Shown here piece after piece: positions 20,940-32,500 of a stretch of 36,531 nt of DNA. The stretch is from positions 1-36,531 of the forward strand of contig JAUCBJ010000177.1 in assembly GCA_032718475.1 (NCBI GenBank). Direction: 5' to 3'. How positions within the stretch are numbered: position 1 is the first letter of the stretch; every line of letters begins with the position of its first letter. The position numbers and the translations under genes were made by a program. Under the pieces are notes generated by a model. The model was not told where the DNA came from, searched no databases, and worked only from the letters and a program-made list of their open reading frames with translations. The DNA is from Nemertoderma westbladi (lineage: Eukaryota; Animalia; Xenacoelomorpha).

Positions 20940-21240
20940 TACTACTATTACTCCTTGGTCAGGCGAGATCGGACAGTGGAAATGAGATCCTTCCAGGCTT
21001 CCCGATTCTCCATAGTTGTCGCAATTTCGTTTCTCTAAAGTTTAGTATCCCTTTCAGGTTGGTCTGAATAATATGTCATACCCGGTCGTCCATGGCTACG
21101 CTTTCCTTGTGTTGGTTGCCACAGTAGGCCTACTGTAGATCTGGAATGACCTCGTTTTTACTTATCTTGCAGTGCCCACTGAATCATAATCTGCGTTTAC
21201 GGAGGGTGGTTGGTTGATACTGGTTGTATTGTACCATAAA
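20940..21240 (-). mobile_element. Decayed 3' end of an RTE-clade LINE
   Basis: LRKRRL*FSGHC...LLWQPTQGKRSHGRP...MENREAWK with stops; short TAG-type tail. Confidence 0.7.
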
Positions 21241-21675
21241 ACTCGGGCTTTTGTCGGTTTGTCACATCTTGCTCCTTCATCTGATGGTTTTCGGCCCTTA
21301 CTAAGGCAAATCACCACAACTCATATTTTTCATGTATATACCCAAATCTAATATACTCTTTCCGATAGTGACTGGAAATACGATTTCTCGCACACCCCAT
21401 CACGTTACTTTTATAAATATCGTGCCATGGTTCAAGGTAAAACACCCCAGATAAGCTTCGATACACTGGACTTTATGTATTCCAAAGCAAAACACCCCAG
21501 GGATTGTGTACTGTAGGGTGATTTCCTTTCTCGAATTGGTCTAGAATTACTAAACATTCACCATCTTGGGTGTTTTACCTCAGATTAATACAGCTTTGTT
21601 ATAAACTAATGAGGTTTATTGTTAATTAATTTTTTATAACATTGGGTGTTAGTGCACTACAATTAAGTGACTTAC

Positions 21676-21738
21676 CTGTTCAGTTTTGAAGGCTATAGTT
21701 GGCGTAGTTTTTTTACCTACAACCACATTGCAAGGACT
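21676..21738 (-). CDS. Candidate internal exon of an unidentified gene (SPCNVVVGKKTTPTIAFKTEQ)
   Basis: cctatag acceptor, CAG|GTAAGT donor, 63 nt, open in phase 0. Confidence 0.3.
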
Positions 21739-22389
21739 CTATAGGTAAGTCTGATTTATTAATTATACGTAGCACCTGAACTTATCTACGTATTGTACGT
21801 GGTACGTATAGCCTATTAATTGGTCCGTGGTTAAATATAATTAAAGGTTATATTTTCGAATGAGATTGTGGCCACACGCGTCATCAGGTCTTCCAACATC
21901 CAACTGTCTTCCAATATTATGATATAATATCATACGCTCGACTTTAGTGTGAACATGCCTGGAAATACTGTTAGATGAAATCATAGCATTCATTAAAAAA
22001 ATATGACTTTATTGAGTAAGTTTATATAGCGATTTTAAATAAAAATATTAAAAGGGGTCTCGGATTTGCGAGTCCGTCCTATATTTTCAAATAGTTGTAA
22101 CAAAAATTTTATGAAGCCTATTTAAGAAAGGTATTGATAAATTTGTTCTGAATTGAGGTGAAGTGAATTGATCAATTTAAAGTTCATTAAAAGCGGGTAG
22201 CAGTGATTAGCATGTGATCAAAACTTCAGTTAATTGCTTGCGTATATTTTAAGTATGTTTACACCGGTTGTCTGGACAAGGAACTACCTCTGGAATTGAT
22301 CAATTTTCTTCCAAGTCCAGTATCTCTTTCAAGTTCATCTATATGGCATTAAATGAATTGGAGTTGAGCTGTTAATGTAATTGTAATTA

Positions 22390-22618
22390 ATGATGTAATA
22401 TTATGGTTTTGTTCAGACATGGAAAAAAATGAGGAAGCATGTCACCAGGGGTTGAACCAGCGCTATACGTACGTTTCCGCCTATCAGGCCTCATAAGTAG
22501 CGCTAACCAGTTCAGCCACTTGCCCATGACCCTTAACTCTCCCATCTAATCCTATTTCTTGAACTTAAGTTGCATATGTAAGTTCCATTTCTGAACAAAA
22601 ACACTAATATTACATCAT
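22390..22618 (-). mobile_element. Short inverted-repeat element enclosing a tRNA-like Pol III promoter
   Basis: ~35 bp IRs at 22390-22424 / 22583-22618; internal - strand A box TGGCTGAACTGG (22518-22507) and B box GGTTCAACCC (22458-22449). Confidence 0.6.
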
Positions 22619-23077
22619 ATATGTCCAGATAGGCGGGGGGGGGGGGGGGGGGGTACTTTCGACGCAATACAAATGCATCCCTCTCCAGGGGAAATTCGAC
22701 GCAAATAACAGCTGATTACTCTCAAAAATAAAACTTTAACCTGTTCTATTCTGTTTAGTTTATTGTTTTGGTTAAAATAACGTGCTACTGTAACCTGCTC
22801 CTTTCCCTAAATTGAAAATTTAACATTGAGGCGGTATATTAATTCGCTGAGATGGGATTTGTAAGGCATAGCCGCGGTGTTTGTCAGGTGTTGTCTCCAT
22901 AGGTGACAGTGCTTCCGTTAGAAGTGTTGTACTTGTTCTTATAGCGTCGATAGATTAGTTTGAACGAATTCGGCACTCCACTGTCCATGTCTCCTCCCAA
23001 ATAAGTGATATATAATTTCCAATTTCCTAATGTTTAGGCCTAATTAAATATTTCATTCCTGAATTCTATATACTTAC

Positions 23078-23269
23078 CTGCAATGAATCTGTAATCCGGC
23101 CTACTCGATCGTATATTAAAGGAACGTCAACCGAGTTGCTCCCAACTCCGGTTGTATAACGATGTGAGTCAGCAGACCTGCTGCCAATCCCGCCATTCAA
23201 CCTATGGACGTTGTGGCCCGGTATGGGACTGGGTGTCAATCTAGTAGACGTAGCACCATCGGATAACAC
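23078..23269 (-). CDS. Candidate internal exon of an unidentified gene (64 aa, VLSDGATSTRL...RITDSLQ)
   Basis: Pyrimidine-rich ctctccctcaatcctag acceptor, CAG|GTAAGT donor, 192 nt, open in phase 0. Confidence 0.55.
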
Positions 23270-23430
23270 CTAGGATTGAGGGAGAGTTATACGTGTGTAT
23301 AAATTAATGTGGCAAGTGATATCGTAAGTCACTCTGTCGTGAGTCACTCTCACTCTTGATACATATAGTAAAGACAATTACTTGCATGGATACTCAAATA
23401 ATTATTATTGATAGTAACTATGTGTTGGCA

Positions 23431-23671
23431 TAGGAAGGCGGGGTAGCTCATTTGGTTGAGCGCCGGGCCTGCAATCTATTGGTTGTAGGTTCAGCCCCGC
23501 CAGGGTCCACTCAGCCTTTCATCCACTAGGGTCGATAAAATGAGTACCAGTTAAATAACTGGGAGCAAATCTTGGGATAGGAGTAGCGCCCACCCCTACC
23601 CTCGGGTAGCAGCTATCGAAACAGGAGCCTTCGGGTCGCCTCCGGCTTCGGCCGACTGTTTGCTTTGCTTG
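23431..23671 (+). mobile_element. Apparently complete tRNA-derived SINE with 11 bp TSD
   Basis: A box TAGCTCATTTGG, B box GGTTCAGCCC, central GGGTCCACTCAGCCTTTCATCC...AAATGAGTACC (resembles Deu/Nin-type domains, from memory), (TTTGC)n tail, TSD ATGTGTTGGCA at 23420-23430 / 23672-23682. Confidence 0.85.
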
Positions 23672-24114
23672 ATGTGTTGGCAAGCAGTGTTTTTCGAGGT
23701 GTTTGTTATTATATATTTATAGGAAGGCCTAGTATATATAATATCCTATAATGGCTATAATCCCAATAGAATAGCCTATATAATAGGGTGGCCTAGTGGT
23801 TGTTGTCTCGGCTTCCACCTTCGAATCCGACACCACGCTCAAGAGACCCAGTAAAGTCGAAACGCGTATGTGGTTTGGAGAGATATGGGATATTGATAAT
23901 AATAATTTCAATTAAAATTACGCGATTCCTAAATTTGTACACTACCCAGTTAAAAAGTACGCATGTGATGGGATTAGTCCTACAATTGCGCCAATAAAAG
24001 ATAAGTTGTTTTCGGTAAAATAAACTTATCATTCGAGGTTATAAGACCCCCAGATCCCTTCCTATAAATGTCAAATAATTATGGTTTATTATTGAATAAT
24101 TATGCCATCGTTTT

Positions 24115-24372
24115 CGGTTTGTGGTACGGATTATGGTTCGGTTTGTAGAACCGGTTATGGTTTGGTTTGTTGTTCCAGTTATGGATCTGTTTCTGGTTAT
24201 GGTTAGTTTTGTGGTTCCAGTTATGGTTCAGTTTATGGTTCCGGTAATGGTTCAGTTTGTGGTTCCAGTTATGGTTCAGTTTGTGGTTCCGGTAATGGTT
24301 CAGTTTGTGGTTCCGGTTATGGTTCTGTTTCTGGTTCCGGTTATGGTTCTGTTTGTGGTTCTAGTTATGTTC
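24115..24372. repeat. 24 bp minisatellite, ~10 diverged copies
   Basis: Unit GGTTATGGTTCAGTTTGTGGTTCC. Confidence 0.9.
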
Positions 24373-24557
24373 ATAACACCAAAAGCATTTAGTTACCTTT
24401 AAGGCGATCGTGAACAGTAACAGTAGTAACAGTAACAGTAAGGACTGTACATTATTTGTAACGGACAGTATTCATTGGCCTACCGGCAGACCGGTAAACT
24501 ACTGTATCATGTCCAAGGCCTACTAAGTCTTTTAGTAGGCCTTAGATCATGTCTCAC

Positions 24558-24650
24558 CTCGTCTCCATCTATCCGCTCATCATCCCCATCCAATCTCTCT
24601 TCGTCCGTTATTCCATGTGACGAAGTTACAGAGGTATCTCCCAGATCCAT
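24558..24650 (-). CDS. Candidate first coding exon of the unidentified gene (MDLGDTSVTSSHGITDEERLDGDDERIDGDE)
   Basis: ATG at 24650, 31 codons, GAG|GTGAGA donor in phase 0, compatible with the exon at 23269. Confidence 0.5.
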
Positions 24651-25334
24651 AAAAACCTCGCCAACGTGATGATAAACTAATGAAATGTTCTAATTAATGC
24701 TATAGATGCCGACTAGATAAGATAAATTATCATAATATTCCTTAAATACCGGTAGTTATTATTTATGATTCAAATATAAATCCTAAAATATTCATAGACT
24801 GATAAAGAGTCATAAATATATCAACTCATATGTAAGGTGAACCAGACCCCATGGAGAAGAAGGTTAACACACGTTATGACTTCTTGTGGAAATTCGATAT
24901 ACGGGTGGGGGCAACTTGACGTGAATTTCTTGATTAAATTTTAACTAATTCAGTAATAGTTATTAAATCCGAATGAAAAAACAAAAATCCAGGCTCTAAC
25001 CTAGTGTAAGAATACCCTTATCTGAAAACTGGTACGTTAATGCCCTAACCGTTTAATGACATGTTAAGTTTATTTCATAGCCATACAATTCCTAAGGCCT
25101 ACCCTATAAACTGTAAAAATATCTACAATGATAATACAGTATTAGTAGCGCAAAGACACAAGGTGAAACTGTCGTCCATCCCCAATGCCAGGTTACCTAC
25201 TCTCAAACAGTATAAGCCGTGCTGAATGAACAAGCAACACGAATAAATCAATACAAACCCACTACGGTCAATAACTTCCATCACAAACACATATTGGCGT
25301 ACCTGCTGGCTTGGGAGCTTACCAATCACTAGTC

Positions 25335-25348
25335 GTTACCCTAGCAAC
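25335..25348. promoter_or_regulatory. RFX X-box next to a CCAAT box
   Basis: GTTACCCTAGCAAC fits the X-box consensus; CCAAT at 25322; possible - strand donor CAG|GTACGC at 25302. Confidence 0.5.
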
Positions 25349-26431
25349 TGATATGATTATTATACAAGTAGTCAGTGCCAACAAAATAAACCCAAATCGT
25401 AGGCGTAGCGTAGCCTATTATGAATAGTCTAAGTAAAGAGTTTTTTAAATGTAGAATACAGGATTCGATGTGAATAAATAAAACATCATACCGTTATTCT
25501 GTTTATGAATTTTCTACGAGTTTCTATAGAAAATGTACTGCCTTATTGGTAAAAACAGTGAGCAAGAAAAGTATGAGAGCAAATGTTAATAATATAACTG
25601 GGCCTGTAGCAGATGCAATGGGGTATTGGGGTCGCATATTACCAATTGGGGTGCCGTTTCAGCCTATTTTAACACATGAACTTAATTTCGCGAATATTTA
25701 ATTTCGATATTCAACATTTGAGGTACATTTTAAAGGAAAGTAGCAGGGTATATTGGCAGACTTTTCTAACCAAAACAATAAACTAAATTTAGGAACACAG
25801 TTTACAGTAAGATTTATACTTCCAGACACTAATTTTTCAATATTAATTTAACATTAACCCTATGAGAAGGCTCTAACTACACCCAATTGGCAATTTGCTT
25901 GTTGAAGTATGTAAAGAAGGTTGCTAGGGTTGGGGAATATACTCTCAGGAATGTAATGACATTCTGTTGTAGTAGGGATTGTAGGACCTTATCGCCCCTC
26001 GCACCTTTACAGCCCCTCCTGGACTCAAAAAATCTTGAGATTGACTTTGAAATCCACTTCAAGGTCACCTTGAAACTCAAGTTTTACCTTGACTAAGATT
26101 TTCTTGAGTTTCAGTAAAGCGGGTAACTCAAAGCAATACTTATAAAATGTTGTACAAATACCGGGAGGGGGTCATATTGACCCCCCCCCCCCCCCCCCCC
26201 CCCTCTAAAATCTACAAATTTTTACGAAAACGTCTGATTTTTTTGTTTGTACGTAGGTATCAGTAGTCTGGATCCGAACGAAAAAAAAAGTTTCGAAAAA
26301 ATCTACTGGGGTGTGGTTATATTGCAGCTCCAAAATTACAAGTAGTGCACAATTTTCACAAAATTTGAAAGTTACATTTTTCGGCTAATTGTTTTTCAAT
26401 ACAGGTTTTCTGGGGCGCACAAACACGTGTT

Positions 26432-27101
26432 TCTTCGTCGGCATACAAATGATACCCAAGACCATATTATTTAGCAATAACGCGGGATAGTGACCGAGTA
26501 TACAGTGTGAAAAGCAGGGGTCCAAGTACCGAACCTTGTGGTACACCATACCGCAATGTTCTGGAAGCAGATTGTGCTGAGCCTATCTGAACCTTCTGTA
26601 TCCGATCTGACAAATAAGATTTGAACCAATTTAGAGTCTGGCCGTAGATACCAAAATCGTTCTTTAGAGTGGAAAGCAATATATCGTGATCGATCGAATC
26701 GAAAGCAGCGGATAGATCTAGCATTATCAAAATAAAACTCTCACCATCATCAATGCATCGTAAAACGTCGTTATTTACACGCAATAAGGCGGTCTCAACA
26801 CTGTGCGCTACGATAGGCACTCTGAAAAGGTTCATGTAGTGAGTTTATAGTTAAATGATGCATTAACTGTCTTGCAACTACTCTCTCCGTGAGTTTATCT
26901 ATATACTTCAGATTAGATATTGGTCTGAAGTTGTTTAGAACATTTGGATCAAGGCGCACTTTCTTAATAAGGGGCCGTAATATTGACTCCTTGAAGAGGA
27001 TCGGTACTTTTGCAGTAGAGAATGACAAGTTGATGATTAATACAAACACTGGAATTAATAAGTGGATGCAACCCTTCAGGATTGTAGAAGGTAGGGGATC
27101 T
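26432..27101 (-). pseudogene. L2/CR1-group LINE reverse transcriptase fragment, with a frameshift and a stop
   Basis: NFRPISNL, FQSAYR, SVETAL, LDLSAAFDSIDH, GVPQGSVLGPLLF, YAD; frameshift near 26810, stop at 26467. Confidence 0.92.
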
Positions 27102-27477
27102 CCGGGACCGGTTTTTATAGGTGTTGTTTTAATATTCAGGCTAGCTAGTGATTTTGCAAGTTAGCTATTATTAAAAAAAAAACAATTTATTACACATAAT
27201 TTCAATTAATTTCTGAAATTTTTTTTTAAATGATAGCTAAACTTGTAAAATCACTAGCTAGCTTGAAAATAATTAGTAGCTATTAATGTTTATAGATAAT
27301 TAAACTATTTATTAACATAACAAATAATTTCAAATAAATTTATTTTTTTTAAATGTTCTAGAACAAAAAATATTAGTTCTAGAACATTTTTTTTTACAAA
27401 ACTATAGCTAATTTGATATAGAAAATTAAAAAAAAGTAGCAAAAACTAGCTACTACCAAAAAATCCCGGTCATGGGT
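27102..27477. mobile_element. AT-rich palindromic MITE-like element
   Basis: GACCGG.../...CCGGTC ends; internal inverted repeats ~27137-27180 / ~27220-27265 and an AATGTTCTAGAAC / GTTCTAGAACATT pair at ~27352-27389. Confidence 0.5.
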
Positions 27478-27959
27478 ACACATTTTATTTAGAAATTTCG
27501 GGTCTGGGGTATTCTGCAAAAATGCCGCTTACCGTACCGGTAGCGGAAGGCTAACAGCTAACTGCTGAAACATTGATCTGAAGATACCATGGAATTTGAA
27601 GGTACCTACATGGCTACCTTGAAATTTATCTCGAACCTTGACTTCAACTCAAGTCAAGATATTTTGTGTTACCGGCTTGAAATGTCAAGTTTACCTTGAG
27701 GAAAATCTTAAGTCTACCTTAAGGTTGACCTTGAAATATTTCAGATAGGAATACTAGTAAAATAGATTCAAGGTTAGTTTCAAGGTCAATCTCAAGATTT
27801 TTTGAGTTACTCGGCCCTGGGAACTATCGCCCCTCAAATGGTCCTTTATCGCCCTTTGGGAACATATCGCCCCCGGGTCTTTGTAGACCCTGGAAACTCA
27901 TCGCCACTGTAACAAATATGAAATTTGAATGAGTTAAACCTTTTGGCTTAGTAAGCCAG

Positions 27960-28822
27960 GGAATGCCTGTCCACATCCATGGGTGATCTTCCACATTAAA
28001 CCCTTCCACTCTGTTTCCTAAAGGAATGCCTGTTCACCACCCCATGGGTGATCTTCCACAGTAAACACTTCCACTCTGTTTCCTAAAGGAATGCCGGTCC
28101 ACCACCATGGGTGATCTTCTACAGTGAACCCTTCCGCTATGTTTCCTGAAGGAATGCCTGTTCACCACCAAGGGTGATCTTCCACAGTAAACCCTTCCAC
28201 TCTGTTTCCTAAAGGAATGCCTGTTCACCACCATGGGTGATCTTTCACAGTAAACCCTTCCACTCTGTTTCCTAAAGGACTGCCTGTTCACCGGCGATCT
28301 TCCACAGTAAACCCTTCCAATCTGTTTCCTAAAGGAATGCCCATTCACCGCCGATCTTCCACAGTAAACCCTTCGAATCTGATTCCTAAAGGAATGCCTG
28401 TTCACCACCATGGGTGATCTTCCACAGTAAACACTTGCAATCTGGCTCCTAAAGGAATGCCTTTTCACCGCCGATCTTCCACAGTAAACCCTTCCAAACT
28501 GATTCCTAAAGGAATATGCCTGTTCACCACCATGGGTGATCTTCCACAGTAAACCCTTCCAATCTGTTTCCTAAAGGAATGCCTGTTCACAACAATAGAT
28601 GATCTTCCACAGTAAACTCATCCAATCTGTTTCCTAAAGAAATGCCTTTTCACCGCCGATCTTCCACAGTAAACCCTTCCAATCTGATTCCTAAAGGAAT
28701 GCCTGTTCACCACCATGGGTGATCTTCCACAGTAAACACTTCCACTCTGTTTCCTACAGGAATGCCTGTTCACCGGCGATATTCCACAGTAAACCCTTCC
28801 AATCGGTTTCCTAAAGGAATAC
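27960..28822. repeat. Minisatellite of ~14 units, mostly 63 or 57 bp
   Basis: Unit GAATGCCTGTTCACCACCATGGGTGATCTTCCACAGTAAACCCTTCCACTCTGTTTCCTAAAG; the short variant lacks 6 bp. Confidence 0.95.
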
Positions 28823-28984
28823 CTCATAAATGCAGTTTTTAAAACTGAGTCAATTCGGTGCAGGGGATTCACACGTTGAATTTTCTGGTTTAAGATTAAT
28901 TTTCAGGATTGGTACTTAATCTATTTAATTAATGAAGAAAGAGTTTCAAGGTCATTGAAATGTTTTATTGCTTTGGTTTTGCTA

Positions 28985-29090
28985 ATGTTTACCGAAAGAC
29001 TTTGGATTCTAATGAGTTACCATAAATTGCCAGATCGTCTGCGTATAACACAACAATGACATCAAATCCAACAAGAACTGTTGGGAGGTC
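28985..29090 (-). pseudogene. Heavily decayed non-LTR RT fragment
   Basis: VVLYADDLAIYGNS motif only. Confidence 0.45.
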
Positions 29091-31656
29091 AGAGATAATA
29101 ACGAACCTACCTATTAATAGGCCAGGGTAGTTCTTGTCAAGAGTTGAGCCGTTCAAAAACACGATGTAGTTATGTGTTTTAATAGCAAACTCTACATCAA
29201 TTTTGGTTGCGCACAAGACTGTATATTTTTTGTGGCGTTTCGATCAAGGGGTCACTGAAAAATAGCGGTTTTGAAAATTTAAAGTCGAATTTCACCGATT
29301 TCAACTCGTCGAGTATGCACCAACTTTGTTATTTGGGCTATTCAGTCATTTGAGAAACATATTTGAGCCTCATAATCTTTTCAAATATCGCCAATCTCGC
29401 ACAGAACGTCGCCAAAATTTGTTAGTCTGGCAAAAAAACGCACAAATTCGTCTGAAAGAGTAAATTATTTGGTTGCAGAATAATATGATTCAACTAGAAA
29501 AGCCAGCCAGCTGGCTATAAGGAGACCGTCCATATAGACAAACGTTGATTTGCGACTGACTCCCAAAAATAACAACGTTTTATGGCGCGATGCAGAATTT
29601 AATCTTAGCGTTTATGGTCTCCTTGTATTCATTTCTCAGGAGTCTGTATTGATCGCGTCCAGCGACGTCCCCGTCTTATAAGGTGCATGTGAGCTTCCTC
29701 CAGTCTTTTTTGTAGATGGTAACATTGCGAGTTGAACCATGGCTTTGATTTGCGCTTTCTTGGTTTAAAAACTAAAAGATATTTTTATACTGGACGAGCG
29801 TGACGAGATTCGTACATGGGGTTGCGAGTTTTTGGACAAAATTATAAACTTAGATATCAGCCCGCGCCCTTGCGCACGCCTCGAGCAACCATTGTCTTGT
29901 CATTAGCGAGAGTTTCTGCCCTTAGCAACGAACTTCCTTCCGGAGACCGTAGACTAGCCGGTGTAGTAGTCTAGTGTAGACGTTACTCATATAGATCGAG
30001 TGTTTTCTCATCAGTGATAGACCCTCTTGCCCCTTACTACCCTTGAGGTATTCGACCTCCCTGGATTATCACGAGTCCAGCGAAGAACTACTTGTCCCTC
30101 GAAGATCAAAATAAAAACATTGGAAATTTCGGTTCCTATTTAACAGGCGATAAGTTCCGAAAAACTCAGAACGGGGGGGGGGGGGGGGGGGGTGATAAGT
30201 TCCCAACAATAAGGGCGATACGATAAGGTTCCAGGGGCGATATAATGAGCGCAAATCTCTTGCGCAAAATTTGCAAAAAGCAGTTAAATAGGGGGTTTAC
30301 ATTCGACAAAGTGAATAAATGTATGTTGTGTTTGCATTGAAACAAACAGATAATTATTAATAATTCATAATTATTATATTTACAATATAATCATAATATA
30401 TGACGTAACAATTTACCAAATAATCACGAATGGCACAAGAAGAAATATTATTACACAACTGTGCAGTGCATTCAACATGCACTAAACGCAATATAGAACT
30501 GGAAAATAATTCAATTTTATACTTAGAAACGAAAATATAAAAAGGAAAAAATGGAAAGAAACACAAAAACATTTTTCACGTAAATAAAATTGGAATTGAC
30601 CATGTGCTAATTGCACCGCACGATATATTCCAGAAAAATAAGTTCTATCTATCAAATTCAAAATAAAGTTATTAATAATAAATATAGAGATAGGGCAATC
30701 ATAAAATATAATAGAATTCAAAAGTGAGTGCATTCAAATATATTTATATGCAAGAAGACTCCATATCTTTATTTAGTCCCAAAAATACGTGCCAAGCTGG
30801 AAAATTTACTAAAAATAAAAAACTATGAAAAGACTAAGGTAAAAACTACAAACATTTCAAAACAATTTGGAATTATAATAATATGGGAGGATGGGATATC
30901 ATCTATTTGTTCCCTGATTTATTAAACCAATATTTGGTAGTAAGCCATGTCATCAAATGGAGTATACAGTTCCTCTCACGAGCCACATCGGCAAATAAAA
31001 ACTTCTTATTTTATAGTGACCTATAACAAGGAGCACTTTTAAACAATTAATAAAAACAATTGCAGGGCTGAGCATAAAAAGGCCCTATGTGACAAAAGTG
31101 TCATTCTGAGATAATCACACTTTTGCGTTTTTTTTACCTACACATTACAGTTGATGTTGGCATTCTGTATTTTTGCATGCAGGTACAGAACATAGATGTA
31201 CTTAAAAATCTTTACTTTCAAAAATTTTTTTTTCACAAACTTCAAAATTATTTCGCATATATCAGGCAGTATTGTTCATAAGACCCTTTTTGTTTATGTC
31301 TATGCGATTTTTACTGTACATAGTCTGACTATTTTACTCCAGGATATCAGGCAGTATTGTTCATATGATCTCAGAACCTTATTGGTAAGTCTCATAGGAC
31401 CTCTGTATGAGTATAACTCTGATTCTAAGAAAATGTCACATAAGACCTTAATAGGCTCAACCCTTCAATTATACACTGAGATAAGCGAGTACGATTGTTA
31501 TACACAACTGCATAAATTACAATGGCAGTGGTAATTCACAATTAATAATAATAATATTTCGATTTATTATAATGAAAAAAAAATAAATATGAAAAGACCC
31601 ACTAACAAAAGACATACAAAAAGATCCGCAAAAGTGCCTCTGCATTAGTGCTTAAA

Positions 31657-32500
31657 GGGATGCATTACTCGTTACGCGCTAAATCCCTGGAGGGATGCAT
31701 TACTCGTTACGCGCTAACTCCATGGAGGGATGCATTACTCGTTACGCGCTAACTCCATGGAGGGATGCATTACTCGTTACGCGCTAACTCCATGGAGGGA
31801 TGCATTACTCGTTACGCGCTAACTCCATGGAGGGATGCATTACTCGTTACGCACTAACTCCATGGAGGGATGCATTACTCGTTACGCACTAACTCCAAGG
31901 ATGGATGCATTACTCGTTACGCACTAACTCCAAGAATGGATGCATTACTCGTTACGCGCTAACTCCAAGAATGGATGGATTACTCGTTACGTGCTAACTC
32001 CAAGGAGGGATGCATTACTCGTTACGCGCTAACTCCAAGAATGGATGGATTACTCGTTACGTGCTAACTCCAAGGAGGGATGCATTACTCGTTACGCGCT
32101 AACTCCATGGAGGGATGCATTACTCGTTACGCACTAACTCCATGGAGGGATGCATTACTCGTTACGCGCTAACTCCATGGAGGGATGCATTACTCGTTAC
32201 GCACTAACTCCAAGGATGGATGCATTACTCGTTACGCACTAACTCCAAGGATGGATGCATTACTCGTTACGCACTAACTCCAAGAATGGATGCATTACTC
32301 GTTACGCGCTAACTCCAAGAATGGATGCATTACTCGTTACGCATTAACTCCATGGAGGGATGCATTACTCGTTACGCACTAACTCCATGGAGGGATGCAT
32401 TACTCGTTACGCTCTAACTCCATGGAGGGATGCATTACTCGTTACGCGCTAATTCCAAGGAGGGATGCGTAACTGGATAACTCCATGGAGGATTGCGTTA
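31657..32500. repeat. 35 bp minisatellite, ~23 copies plus a degenerate end
   Basis: Unit GGGATGCATTACTCGTTACGCRCTAACTCCAWGGA with constant 35 bp period. Confidence 0.97.

Larger units (their letters stand above)
26023..27807. mobile_element. TIR element with subterminal (CTTGAA/TTCAAG) repeats enclosing a LINE fragment and a MITE
   Basis: 30 bp IRs, 29/30 match (26023-26052 / 27778-27807). Confidence 0.65.

Noticed and set aside
16348-23500. True tRNA genes at ~16348, ~22525 (-) and ~23437
   Set aside because: Cloverleafs are incomplete, and the heads are joined to SINE bodies/TSDs or enclosed by IRs
24121-24402. 93 aa hydrophobic repeat ORF (VMVQFVVP)n
   Set aside because: Translation of a T/G-rich 24 bp minisatellite; no ATG at the annotated start and no supporting gene structure
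31657-32500. 35-37 bp repeats (also 12612-12882) as CRISPR arrays
   Set aside because: Units are head-to-tail with no unique spacers, there are no cas genes, and the context is eukaryotic
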